A stretch of DNA of 32,994 nt, taken from positions 2,286,560 to 2,319,553 of the forward strand of contig WELB01000001.1 in the NCBI GenBank assembly GCA_009602725.1, given 5' to 3'. This DNA comes from Spirogloea muscicola. Taxonomy: Eukaryota. This document shows positions 1 to 14,900 of the stretch, piece by piece. The position numbers and the translations under genes are program-made. The notes under the pieces were generated by a model, which made no database searches, was not told the DNA's origin, and saw only the letters and a list, made by a program, of their open reading frames with translations. Within the stretch, counting starts at the first letter, position 1. Every line of letters begins with the position of its first letter.

Positions 1-104
<104 letters not shown>

Positions 105-134
105 GGCCCTGACGGCCGCGAAGGCCGCGGCGAC

Positions 135-169
<35 letters not shown>

Positions 170-208
170 GGGGGCACCGTCGGCACCAGGTTTCGGCTGG
201 CTGGCGCC

Positions 209-3200
209 ATGACGGCGCCGGAGAGCCGCAATGGCGACGGCGAGCACGAGCACAAGGCGTTGCTGGCGCTGGAGCTGGAGGAAGGGCGCCACGACGCGGA
301 CGACGAGGCCGCGCTGGCGACCGCCGTCGAGGAGGACAGCCTCCTGGCCATCGTGGCCCGCAGCCAGCCGCCGAGCCAGAAGCCCTCCGGCGACCTGTGG
401 GCCGCCGTTAGGGGCCTCAGCCCCACGGCGCTGGCTGCCTGCGTTGTCGGCTTCATGCTCGTCCTCTTCTCGCTGGAGCTCCTGCGCTCCGGCAGCCTCT
501 TCCGCAGCCTCTTCACTTCCAACGTTCCACACTTGTTTACCAGCGTTGAGCCCGACGTGTACCCCTCCGCTGAGCCGCCGGTGGCCTTCCCCTCGCCTTA
601 CGACCGGCCGCAGCGGCCCCCTGCGGTGAGCCGTCTCCTATCACTGCACCATGGCGCCCTGGCAGCCCCTCCTTGCATGCTGTCCAAGCGTCCAGAGCCA
701 CAGGCTGATACAGGCACACCCTGGAGACGAGCCTGCAAGTAATGACTTTAATGGGCAGCTCTGCTCAGATGCCCGATAGCCCTGCTCTTGACGAGCTATG
801 TGTCACTTCTAGATGAGGACGCGCACGAGAGAGGCGATGCAGCAGCTGACTGTGCGGGCGAGTGATGCCAGGAGCTGGTGCCGGACGTGGACTGGGACGC
901 AGTAGAGTCGCTCCAGCGGCCTGGCGCCACTGTCGGCGACAAGTGGGTGGTGGTGACAACCATCAACCCGCCAACCCCGTCCGTTGTCGCCCTTGTGGCT
1001 CTCGAGGTACAACAAGCGCGCAGCACCACAGGATTGGTCCTGACTACGGAGGATCAGTACACGCTTCTGGCGGACAGCAGAAGGGCAGCCTGCTCTTTGT
1101 TTTGCAAGCTTAAAGCAGAGCGAGGCCCCGAGAGGACTGACCCAATCATCCATGGACGATTGGCTATGACTAGCATTAGGCTGGCCTTTCTTACAGGGCT
1201 GGAATCTGGTTGTCGTGGGCGATACCAAGACGCCTACGGATTGGCAGCTGGAAGGTGCCGTCTTTCTGGGCGTGGAGCAGCAGAAGACGCTGGGCTATCG
1301 CATCCACGAACTCTTGCCATACAAGAGCTACGCTCGCAAGTCCCTGGGCTACCTCTATGCCATCCAGGCACGCGCATGGAACCTCCTCTGAGGCCTGCTT
1401 CTTGTGCAGCAACAAGAGGCTGGCGTCATGACAGGTGCGTCGTGCCTGGGAGCTGTGGCAGCGTGCTTAGGCTGACAATGCCCTTGTCACTGCTGTGCCG
1501 AACTTTGACCAGCACGGAGCACAAATCATCTACGAGACGGACGACGACAACAAGCTCACGGTCGGCAGCCTGGAGGATGCTTTCCAACTCGACATGACCA
1601 ACACAGAGCAGCTGCTCATGTATAGAGAGAGCAGGAACAGGGTTGTCAATCCCTACGTTCACTTTGGGCAGCCCACCATGTGGCCACGCGGTTACCCGCT
1701 TGATGCGATCGGTATGAGCTGATAGATTGGTGGTAAATTTCACTTCGGAAGCGAGCCATTGATGTGACGCATTCATTTACGTCAATGTTGCTTGAAATTG
1801 CCCTGTAGTAGTCATCAACCCTCAATGATGCGGCACCTGACAGAAGCCTCTGCTCGTGTCAATGCTGCAGCTAACAATGCACAGGAGTCAGCATTCCATG
1901 CAAATGTGTCGATACGACCGCTCATACAGCAAGGCCTCGCAAATGGGGATCCTGACGTGGACGCCATCTTCCGCCTGACACGGGTCACTGAGTGCGCACT
2001 CTGGCTTAGGCTTCAGGATGTAGGCTTCTTGCCCTGCGCTTGTGCAGGACCACTGGCCTGCCATCCCCAACTGCTGCTGTAGCAAGTGTGTTTACCAATA
2101 CTGCTCCTAATTATAGTCTGCATACTGCAGGGGCCAGCTGATAAGGGTGCATTTTGACGAGGATGCCCCTACGGTCGCCCTACCACACGGGACGATGTGC
2201 CCTTTCAACTCTCAAAACACACTCTTTCACAGGTGAGAACAAGCCTCTAATTGAAGCAGGTGAGCTCTGCTCAGTTGCTGCTTGCTTGCATTGGGAAGTC
2301 AGAACAGGACCAAGAAGGTGGAATGTGAGGTTCCAGGCTCCGATCTTGTATGAGGCCTTCAGTGACAGGCTTTTTCTCTTAAGTACTTGCAGAACACTAT
2401 TTTGACTGTCAGAAGCTTGAAATTTGGCAACGAGCAGGATCTCTAGATCAACTGACAGAGTACAAATCAGGTTGTCAGGTCAAGGCCCTTGGAGTTCAGA
2501 ATGGACTCTCACAAGATACTCTCACAAGGGTTGATGTCTGGCCCTGGCATGCAGGGACGCATTGTGGGGCATGCTGATCCCAATGACCACGTCATTTCGC
2601 GTGTGCGACATCTGGCGAGGATACTGGGCGCAGCGTCTACTCTGGGATGTTGGGGGACACTTGTCGTTCCACAAACCGTCAGTCTATCAGGTGCGCATGT
2701 GCAGAAGAGTCTAGCATGGATTAAATGGATTTTATTCAAGGGGGCATCGTCGCAATGGGGACTGCCAAGGAGGCAAAGGCAGCACGGATGCTGAGCAAGC
2801 TCAACCTCGTACAGTGACAGCACAGCAGGCCCTAAATTGTTGTGTTCGATGCAACTTGAGAAATCTTGCTATGCTGGGGTGCCTGAGCAGGATCGAAATG
2901 TTCACGACTTCTTCAAGGACTTTGTGGAAGAGAGAGCAATGTACGAGGATGCAGGGGCTTTGGTGACCTTTCTGACTGAATGGGAGTCAACAAAAGATCA
3001 CTTCTTCTCCCGCATACTGGACCTCAGGTTGGGCATTGCAGAAGTGGACGACCAGCTGTCATGCCTGCTACTTACTTCAACTTAGCATCTATTGGAAGCA
3101 ATGCTGTCCTCCACTAATGTTCCAGCCCAAGCAATGGATAGGCCAGTATCTGGCTAGTATGTCGAGCTAGTGTGCACAAGTGTGCTACAGCCAATTATGT

Positions 3201-5022
3201 TGTGACTTGGTGTGACAGCACAAATGTGTAACTAGCATGTGACGGGCTCAGTGCAGCAATGCAATGGCAGCGGAGGGCTACTGGGGGCAGAAGGATGCTG
3301 AGCTGACGGCCGCGTGGCTTCAAGACCTCATTGCTGTCGGATATAGACCGCCAAAGGTGGTGCTGCATCCAAATGCACTGGGGATTGAGCCGGAGCAAGT
3401 TCAATTCTTAAGCAAGGATCTTCCCTCTAGCTTCTTGGACATCATACCCTTGCAGACTGCCCGGCAGCAGGTGAGAATTTATATACAGGCAGGCTGCTTT
3501 TGTGGACTATCTTGTAGTTGGACGTCAGATAGCGGCTAGGTTGACAGCTCTGCTCTTGTTGCGTATGATCTGCTCAGATGCCTTGTGCGTGCTATACCCC
3601 AGATCCCAAAGAAAAATTGATGCCAGATGTTCAGATGTTATGATGTCAATTGCAGAATGTTAGTTGGTTGGAAGTATAGAGCGTAGGGTCCTAGTACTCA
3701 CTGAGCACTATTACCAACCCTCAACAAGTGCCAGCTTGTCATGACGGCCGTTGATCTGCTGCCATGACTCCTAGGCAAGGGACTGGGTAGAGAGGCCTGG
3801 CAAGGTGCCAGGGCCGCTGGCTGACGACCATGTCAGAAGACTCAGGGCCCACTTCCGGGACGTCGTTCTGATTGTCAACTACAATTGGCCCTACTTCAAG
3901 AACAACCTGCTCTGGCTAAGGCTGGTATATTCACGAATATTTGAAACGGTGGTGGTTCAGACAGAGTACCTTGAGGCAGCCAAAGTCGTCGAGGCAGAAA
4001 GCATGGGTGTGCAGCTGGTGAGTTTTCTAAGCTACTCCGGTTAGATGCCACGGGTGGAGTATAAGATGCACATACAGCTTGAAGGGGATGCATGCAGAGC
4101 TTGTGACAAGCAGGCGACTAGTTTGACCCTATGACTTGGGCTTTGTGGTGGCAGTGCGACACTCAATCATGTCTGAGTTTCTGACACACAAATGGTCTCC
4201 GGTTTCTTCTGTTCAGGTCGAGCAGGGGTGGCAAGGTTGGGCTGCTTACCGCAACCTTCCAGACATTTTCAAGCGCTACCCATGGGCGGCAGGCTTCATG
4301 TACATCAATGACGATGTGGCACTCAATTACTGGACCTTGCTTGGAGCAGACAAGTCCAAGATCTGGTACCAGAAGCCGCTCCAGAGGGATCTTGCTGCAA
4401 GAGGCCTGGTGGGAATTCCATTCTACTCCAACAAATGGTTTGCAGTTGACCGAAGGGATCGGACAAACAATTTCACTGATTTCTCCTTCTGGGACCAGTT
4501 TAGAGATGCAATGGAAAAACTCTTTGCCGACGTGGGGACAGAGCTCAACTCGACCTTCGAAAAGCACGTGGCGCCAAGCCAGTATGTCTATGGCAAGTCC
4601 ATTGCAGACATGTATTATATTCCTCAGCGACACACCCAGCTTTTGTCAGAGCTGATACCTATCTTCCTCAAGCATGGGATTTGGAGTGAGGTGATGTCTG
4701 AAGGCCGATTCATTGCTTCCTTCTGCATTGGCTTGTTTTCCAGAACCCAGCCCACAACATAGGTCTTGGTAATGATCTGACAATACCCACTTGTCCGTGA
4801 CAGATCGCACTCGCCAACCTTTTTCTCTTCTGCGATTCCTTCTCTGAGTGGGATCCCGATGCCTTGGAGAATGTGATCTACTTGTGGGGTGTGGACCGCT
4901 TCCCGCCACCCCAAAAATTCTGGACACCCAAAGCGCACGGTCTACACCCGTGGAAGCTGAAGACTCCGGTTGACATCCTCGATTGGCTTAACGTCATGGC
5001 CCGCGGGGATCCAAATTTGTGA
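209..5022 (+). CDS. STL: STELLO-like (DUF288) Golgi glycosyltransferase, type II membrane, multi-exon
   Basis: Exons approx 209-625, 872-1006, 1197-1367, 1513-1711, 1871-1991, 2131-2232, 2555-2690, 2891-3027, 3257-3470, 3775-4017, 4217-4690, 4804-5022. They give an N-terminal TM helix, then DKWVVVTTINPPT, WNLVVVGDTKTPTDW, YARKSLGYLYAIQHGAQIIYETDDDN, IQQGLANGDPDVDAIFRLTR, PFNSQNTLF, FRVCDIWRGYWAQRLLW, GFMYINDD and HPWKL...MARGDPNL*. These are STELLO1/2 family motifs recognised from memory. Confidence 0.92.
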
Positions 5023-5606
5023 CAAGGTGCCACCGGGTCCCTTGCCTATCACTCGCATGCTAAGGCGCACTTACCATTATCTGGAGCTTGCGCATCACAC
5101 CTCACAGGGGGAGATAGGCCAGGGGCTGGTCTGGGGCAGTCTTGCTTCCCCACAACAATTTTCGCCAGTGCTATATCAACTAGACCACCTACCTACGCAT
5201 GACTGTAAGGTCTGCACACGACTGGTATAGCCCTGCTGGCCTGGAATTAGGTTTTCAATTTGCCATTTGCGTATCCTTATATCACTTAAGCTGGCTGCAA
5301 GATCAGTCCTTGAGACAACTGTAGCCTTCCCCCTTGATCAGTGCCCAGCTCCTTGGGCAACAATTTTTACTTTGAGATAGAGAACAATAAATCGGCCACG
5401 GCAAGCAGCCAGCTGTCCGTTAACCAGAGCATCTAACAATCATGAGTTATTCGTGACACATCTCTGCCCGGTTAGCAATGAGCGCTGCAGAGACTTGTGG
5501 GCGCAGCACCTAAAGAACCACACCGTCACGGCTCTCCTAAGTGGGAGCTGACGATGGGGATGCTGTTGCTGCCAGCTAAGAGCATGCGAAACACAGCCTG
5601 CCAATG

Positions 5607-7779
<2,173 letters not shown>

Positions 7780-8760
7780 NNNNNNNNNNNNNNNNNNNNN
7801 NNNNNNNNNNNNNNNNNNNNNNNNNNNNNNNNNNNNNNNNNNNNNNNNNNNNNNNNNNNNNNNNNNNNNNNNNNNNNNNNNNNNNNNNNNNNNNNNNNNN
7901 NNNNNNNNNNNNNNNNNNNNNNNNNNNNNNNNNNNNNNNNNNNNNNNNNNNNNNNNNNNNNNNNNNNNNNNNNNNNNNNNNNNNNNNNNNNNNNNNNNNN
8001 NNNNNNNNNNNNNNNNNNNNNNNNNNNNNNNNNNNNNNNNNNNNNNNNNNNNNNNNNNNNNNNNNNNNNNNNNNNNNNNNNNNNNNNNNNNNNNNNNNNN
8101 NNNNNNNNNNNNNNNNNNNNNNNNNNNNNNNNNNNNNNNNNNNNNNNNNNNNNNNNNNNNNNNNNNNNNNNNNNNNNNNNNNNNNNNNNNNNNNNNNNNN
8201 NNNNNNNNNNNNNNNNNNNNNNNNNNNNNNNNNNNNNNNNNNNNNNNNNNNNNNNNNNNNNNNNNNNNNNNNNNNNNNNNNNNNNNNNNNNNNNNNNNNN
8301 NNNNNNNNNNNNNNNNNNNNNNNNNNNNNNNNNNNNNNNNNNNNNNNNNNNNNNNNNNNNNNNNNNNNNNNNNNNNNNNNNNNNNNNNNNNNNNNNNNNN
8401 NNNNNNNNNNNNNNNNNNNNNNNNNNNNNNNNNNNNNNNNNNNNNNNNNNNNNNNNNNNNNNNNNNNNNNNNNNNNNNNNNNNNNNNNNNNNNNNNNNNN
8501 NNNNNNNNNNNNNNNNNNNNNNNNNNNNNNNNNNNNNNNNNNNNNNNNNNNNNNNNNNNNNNNNNNNNNNNNNNNNNNNNNNNNNNNNNNNNNNNNNNNN
8601 NNNNNNNNNNNNNNNNNNNNNNNNNNNNNNNNNNNNNNNNNNNNNNNNNNNNNNNNNNNNNNNNNNNNNNNNNNNNNNNNNNNNNNNNNNNNNNNNNNNN
8701 NNNNNNNNNNNNNNNNNNNNNNNNNNNNNNNNNNNNNNNNNNNNNNNNNNNNNNNNNNNN

Positions 8761-9275
8761 ACCTACAGCAGATTGACCCGCTCAGTAACCACGGGTCAAA
8801 GCATAAAGGTCGCTAATCAATGCCTGAATACTAGATGTCAGATATGAAGCCCTTCTACCACGAACTAGAGCTCGTCCAGCTTTCTGATGCAAGACATATT
8901 AGCCTGAGCATGCTGCAAACAGGCCGAAACTCGTCATCGCAAGAAAGACAGATATGCAGCTGGCAAGCCCATCTCAGCCGGAAACACATCTGCGCGACGT
9001 GTGTAGCCTAGATTGGCAATATTTTGAAGGAGGGTGTGGAAACGAGGACCCAGACAGCCAAAGATGTCAATTGCCGCTGGCAGGAGCTGATCGCATTGTG
9101 GGTAATCGGAGTAGTGCTGCAACTTTCTCTGTTCTGCACCGCCCACTGCGTGACCAGCGATGTGTGTTGATGCTGGACCTTGATACGCCTCCGTAACAAC
9201 AACGTCGACCAGGGCCCGTGGTCCTCCACCAGGTTGCACGCCCACAATGTCAAGTGTGCGGCGATGATGACGTCC
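8761..9275 (-). mobile_element. RLE retroelement 3' fragment (degenerate), short-tail subfamily
   Basis: RRTLDIVGVQPGGGPRALVDVVVT..AVGGAEQRKLQHYSDY..DQLLPAAIDIFGCLG..VSACLQHAQ, frameshift, LHQKAGRALV..ISDLYALTRGY* (stop 8782-8784). Internal stop at 8934. Homologous to 31712-32345. Confidence 0.8.
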
Positions 9276-9690
9276 CTGGGCGAGGGCTGTGACGAGCCGG
9301 CCCAGAAAGCCATGGAATCCGGAAAGAAGCACTTCCGATGGGACGTGACGGTTGCGGAGCGCGGGGAACGAGGAAAAGACTCTCCCAGTATAGGACAATG
9401 GCTGTGACTGGCGAGCCCAGAATAGAATGGAAGGCCGGCCAGCCCACCAACTCGCCCTCCACTGGCTTTGTGCTTTTCTTCCAAGTGGCAGACAAGGTCC
9501 AAGAAGCAGGAGACCTTCACATCTTGCTGGGACGACCAGACAAGACCGCGAGGACCGCGCGTTTGGGAGAAAGCTTGTCGATGGGACGGCCAGGCGGGAC
9601 CCGAACCTCTGTAGTGGCCGCTCGCGTAGCTGCGTGGTGTGACTGCTCCTCGATCGGTCGGCCTGGCCTTTCTCAGCCCTCGCCCCTTGT
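9276..9690. repeat. Cluster of retroelement 3'-tail fragments (minus at ~9278-9330 and ~9370-9430, plus at ~9650-9690)
   Basis: gggcgagggctgtgacgagccggccc, ggctgtgactggcgagcccag and ggcctggcctttctcagccctcgcccc match the tail hairpin consensus. Confidence 0.65.
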
Positions 9691-9861
9691 GTCGTGTGTA
9701 TCAGCCTCTCTGCAGCGAGCTGAGCTTTATGCTTTAGGCTGGTCGAGCCTGAGCTGGTGGCACAAGGGCTTGTCAACTGCCGTTCAATGTCCGAGCATCA
9801 CTTAGCGACCTCTATGTGCTGACTTGTGGTTACTGAGCGGGTCAAGTTAGCAGCAGGTGAT
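9691..9861 (+). mobile_element. RLE retroelement extreme 3' fragment, short-tail subfamily
   Basis: VSASLQRAE..AGRA*AGG..ASLSDLYVLTCGY* (stop 9834-9836), then gcgggtcaagttagcagcaggtgat. Forms a ~57-bp imperfect inverted repeat with 8761-8816. Confidence 0.75.
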
Positions 9862-10009
9862 GTACATCTGTCAATGTGCTTGACTTTGTACTTGGCCACT
9901 CAAGCCCTCCATCACTCAATACTCACTCCATTCCTGTTGAGATGAGCTTACTCTCTTTCTTAGCCGTTCCTCGCTCCCTTTGAATTAGCTACTTCTGCTT
10001 TCACAGCTC

Positions 10010-10440
10010 TTGGGAGAAGCAGAAGTGGGGCGAGGGCTATGAAGCGACTTTTTCCTCGGCAGAAGAAACAGCTCTTTCAGTGCAAGGCAACGTCTGTAAG
10101 ATGCCAGCCCAAAGGAATGGACAAGTCTGAAACGGTTGGAAGGCGCAAAAGAAACACGAAACCACGCTCTGTGACTTTTGCAAATGGATGCTCAATAATC
10201 ACTACAAATGATGCAGATTGGGCAAACTAGAGGGGGGAAAAGCGTGGAGAAGGAGAAGGCCTCCTGAAGGGGTCTGGCACCCTGGAGGCAGTAGCAGGGG
10301 ATTGGCAGACCCTGCAATGACCGGCCAGTACTTTGCCGCGGGGATGATCAGGCCGGATCACAGCCAACCGTGAGGGTATGGAAGGCGAGTGACTTAAAGG
10401 AATGGCTGTAGGTGGCCAGTCCGATTGGGCACGGTGAAAT
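10010..10440 (-). repeat. Degenerate retroelement tail fragments
   Basis: agaagtggggcgagggct at 10021. cagcccaaaggaatggacaag at 10105 is the exact reverse complement of cttgtccattcctttgggctg at 32401. ggctgtaggtggccagtcc at 10404. Confidence 0.55.
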
Positions 10441-10749
10441 AACACCGTGGACACTACGAATCAGCTGTGTGCTCAGCCTTGCTGTGGCCGTCCCGTCTAT
10501 TTGGACACAGCTGGGGTGCCCATTGGGCAGACGTGAGGATGCAAGATCCACCCCGATCAACACCACAGCGCTGTCATAGCATATGGTTTCACCCTAGAAA
10601 GTCACAGAGTCGTCGTCAAGGTCCCACCACTACGGGTTCCTTTCACTTATCCTGCAGAAAGGGCCCTTCGTCGCATTCCAGTAGTAATGTACAAGGCAAA
10701 TTGCCTGGCGCCAAGCCAGCGAGCAAGCTAGATGAGATGGCCCACTAGC

Positions 10750-11070
10750 GGGAGCCTCCTCGATGGACGCCTTCCGTCTTGCTCCGGCGCCCCAAATTAG
10801 TCCGGCACATATTCATAGGCTCACTCATGGGTACACGAGTCCCCCTTCAGTTGCGTTTTCCATTCTCGTACCTCAGGCCCTCTCGAATTTATCAATTCTG
10901 AGATTCTTCTTACAAGCAGTGTATTGGCTGCTTTGGCCTCTCTGTCATGTCATGCGCACCATGCGCCTTCTCGATCTCACTCTTTCAGTCGCCATCTCCT
11001 GCGCCAGCTCCATGCTGTCTCACGCCATGGCTGCAGGTTGCGCCATGACTGCGTCTTGAGGAAGCGGAAC
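10750..11070 (+). mobile_element. Possible highly degenerate internal (pre-RLE, zinc-knuckle region) fragment of the same retroelement type
   Basis: Fragments AHSWVHESPF and SRHLLR..HGCRLRHDCVLR resemble the region ending HLLxC..GG..RHDxV that precedes RLE domains. Heavily frameshifted. Confidence 0.3.
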
Positions 11071-11985
11071 CTGTCCCCTTGCCTGATGACGTGGCTTGCC
11101 TCTGCCACGCATCGTCAAGCCGCCTTTCCCAAGGATCATTGTTCCCATCTCGTAATATCACGACAACTTTTTGCAAGGCAGCCCCTCTCAGCCACGGCTC
11201 GCAGACAAGGGCTTATCGTCTGACATCCAAATACCTGAGCATCCAAATAACTGATTATACAGCAACTTAATCCCGCTTCAGCTTTTGTTAAGCCCCATTC
11301 TCTGCACTGGTTTTCTGTCTAAAGGGTGTGTTGGTTAAATGTGGCCTTCCTTTACTTCATGCGTGCCTTCTCGTGTCTCACAGCCTCTTGATCCCCTCCT
11401 TGTCGCCAGCCAAGCTGTTTTTCTCATGCCCCTAGCATGGCCAGCTGCAATCTAAATATCCGCAAGTGACATCCACATCATTAGAAGCTCAAGAGCTTGT
11501 CCGTGAAGCATCCTTAGTAGAAATTATGGCTGAGAGGCCCACTGTAATCGAATTAGGCTTCCTATGTGCAGGCGCCCAATGACCTGCCTGTATGCTGCAC
11601 CACAACGAGATCTTTCTGAAAGGCCAACAATGAGAGCCCATTGTCATGTCCAAGTCAAAAAATTGTATTGTCTGTACCTGCTTGCCCCATCTCACTTAAG
11701 GCAGCCCAGTCTCTCTCTACAATGTTCACAACGGCCTCACTGGAGATGGACAGAAGATTAAGGGTTGCTGCCATCTCAGGTCACAAGTACGTGAGCCATG
11801 GGATCACAGAAAGCCTATGAATTGTGGAACTTGAGCTTTGAAGCACACAGCCTCTGCCTTGAGACAGCTCATGGTGCTCCTCAATGTTCTTACAACCCAG
11901 CAGCCCCAAGGCCCTGCCACTTCAATAACAAGTGTTGCGCTGGGATCTCATCTAGCGTGCACACCTAGGCATGTTGCGCGCACTG

Positions 11986-14900
11986 TCATCTCCGCCCCTG
12001 GCCTCTCTCCAGGGCGTCACTGACACTCCCAAACTGCCTTCGGCCTTTCCGCAAGCCGCTGTCGCTCACGCTGCCTACTGGCTCGTCTGCCTGCGACGAC
12101 TGGCCCTGCCCGGTTGATGGCAGCCAGCTGTCATCCTTGGTAATGGGCTTCTCCTCTGTTGCCGCAGACCCTCCCCAAGGGTAGACCCGGCCTAGCTGCC
12201 CCTGGATGCTCTCCAGCCCAGCGCTGAAGAGGTTGAAGCCCCGCTCCATAGGCTCCACAGCCTGTGACACAGTATGCCGCACATCCCGCACAACCTGCAA
12301 CCCGCAGCCCACATTACATTGTAAATTTCAAGACAAGCCAACGTCTTGCTGTAAGATGACTGCTTGCAATTGTTGCCATTGTGAGGACAACCTTGCGAGG
12401 AGATGCCGTACTACAACTTGCGCTCAACATCTTGATGATGCTTGCTCGCAGTTAACATTATGACCACACCCCTGCTGACTATGTACAGCATATGAGTTTG
12501 CACATGTCACATGCAATCCTGTGCTCTGGCTTTTCACACAGCAACTTTGCTCACATGCTCGCTGCCATTGAACAATATGTCCTGCACACTGGCAGAGAGG
12601 CTGGTGGCAGTCTGCTGTCCGCCAGGTGGAAGGTAGCGCAAAAGTCCCTGCCTCTCGCTTTCCATAATCTCCCCTGGTTCTGGCGGCACGTCGCCAGCTG
12701 CCAAATCGGCGAGCACAGAGACGTCCCTGCTAATGTCACTGCCTTCCACCTCTTGATAAGGAGCAGCAGGGAAGACATATACATGGGCTATCCCTGCAAT
12801 GCACATCTGACATACACGCAAATCTCAAGCTCATCAGCAGAGCCCACTTAGCCCAGAGCGTGTATATCCAGAAGCAAGCAACATTTGAAGCATATGGAAA
12901 TTCTGGTGGCTTGACAGACAGCAAGACAATATATTCCTCTTGCTTGGTGGCACAGCTTTTCTGTGCGGATAAAGCTTCGTACCTGAGTAACATCGAGCTG
13001 TACATGGGCACTAGGAAGCTAAGTCCTCACCTCAATGCAGATAATGAAGTCCTGAAGGCTTGTCTGAAATTTTCCACCAGCAAGATCTGAGTCAGGAGGG
13101 CGAACGACCCCCAAGGAGAAGAGGATATTGAGCAAAAACCCCTGCCACCAGGTAATAAATATGATAGCCTTGATGCATAGGAACTTGGGCCACGGGCGGA
13201 TTGGTGCTAGGTACTCCTTTGTAGCTGTGTAGAACTGGTACAGGCAATACAATGCCCACGCCTGGCTGAAATTAAGAATTAACGCGAGGTACACATACCT
13301 GGCAAATCAAAGCAAGCATAGGAGATAAAGATTCAGTGCAAGTTTCACAATAAAATTGCTCAGTACAGGAGCACATGAAGCTGCAAAAATGAATGTCCTG
13401 CGCCACCCTCTGCGCTGTGCCCAAAAATGTCTGGAAGTAAACTTCATACCCCTTATGTACATTAAGTTCACCATCTCTATACAGGCCAAAGGCGTCAAGT
13501 AAAAGTGCCAGCAAGGCAAAGAGCAGCTTCACAATCATCTGCAACAATCATGGAAATACTATCAGATGCTTCTAGCCAAATGACTTCAATGGAAAACTTA
13601 CGACTTAAAGTGACTCTTAAGGGCATGGCAGCAACTTACAGCAACCCAATACTCTTCACTAAAAAGGAGAGCTGGAGTTGAAGACTCACACGCACTTAGA
13701 TCAACATGTGATAAGAAGAGACATAAGTGCTTATGACTGCCCTAGATCATGTCTTACAATTTTCCTGGGTAAGCCTGGAGAGCACAAGAGTGGCTCAGTG
13801 TGGGCTTACATATTGGACAATGCCAAATTTGACCTTCTGATAAAAGTGGGAACCAAGCGACCAGGGCTCCACAAGAAACTTGAGAAGGAGCGGGTGAGCC
13901 CAGGTCCGTGGTGGGTCTTCCAACGAGTCTTTCAGTGGTGTGTATGGGTACAATTCTTCGCCGCTTATGGAGTTTTGCCTCGATTTGAGTAAGGGTGTCT
14001 GGTGGGAACCCAGCACAACCCCTTGACCTTCCAGCTTCTCTATCACCCTCTCCTCCCCACCTGGTAATAAACTGAGCAAGTTAAGTTGCTGACTGAGATC
14101 AGCAGAAGACACACACTTCCTTGAAAGCATAACATAACGTTTGGAGGTGGGTCTGCGATCCATCGTTCAGCAAGAAGGTGTAGCTTCCCCATCACTGGTG
14201 GGATGTCTTTTAACCATGTGACATGTGTTTTCAGTCAGCCATGTGACATGCAGAACCCAGAAGTGAGAAGCCACAGGAAGTGGTCCTTGCAAACAGGACT
14301 GGCAGCTTACCCAAGCAGGCCATAAGGTATGACCCAAAAGCATAAATCGTATAGGCCTCATAGCAATTTCGCACACTGTCGCAGACCATGGTGAGTTCTG
14401 GCCTCCAGAGAGAAAAAAACTGCGCCCATCAAAAAGGCAATTGACTTGGTCTTTCTCTTTGTGGACGTCTAGCTGCCTTCAGCGTCTATTTCCCAGCCGT
14501 CAGTGCACACAGAAGTCACGAAGTATTTGACTAACAATCGGATGTACTAAATCGACAGAAGTCAATGCAAACTCATAAACCAGAGGCTGTTGTTACATTT
14601 GTTTATATGACTTGATACGTGAATATGTTGCAAGCCTCATTGCTACTCAGCAACACTTGCAGCACGCACATAGATGGCCAGCCATGATGGAGCAGCTGAA
14701 TTCTTAATCATCCTTGATTGGCGAGGAGAAGCTGGGGAATGTTGACTTGAGTTCACATATTAAAGTTACGCCTGAGAAGGACTTACAGCGGAGAGGGTAT
14801 AGACCGGAACCATGCAGATGACGCTGATGAGCCACTTTTGCTCCTGTAGGACAATAGCCGCAAGAAGGAGTCAGCTCGGCGCCAGCTCGGCGCGGCGCCA

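Noticed and set aside
8761..9861. DNA transposon/MITE with terminal inverted repeats
   Set aside because: The inverted arms are the coding 3' ends of two oppositely oriented retroelement copies, and the encoded peptide is RLE-like, not a DDE transposase.
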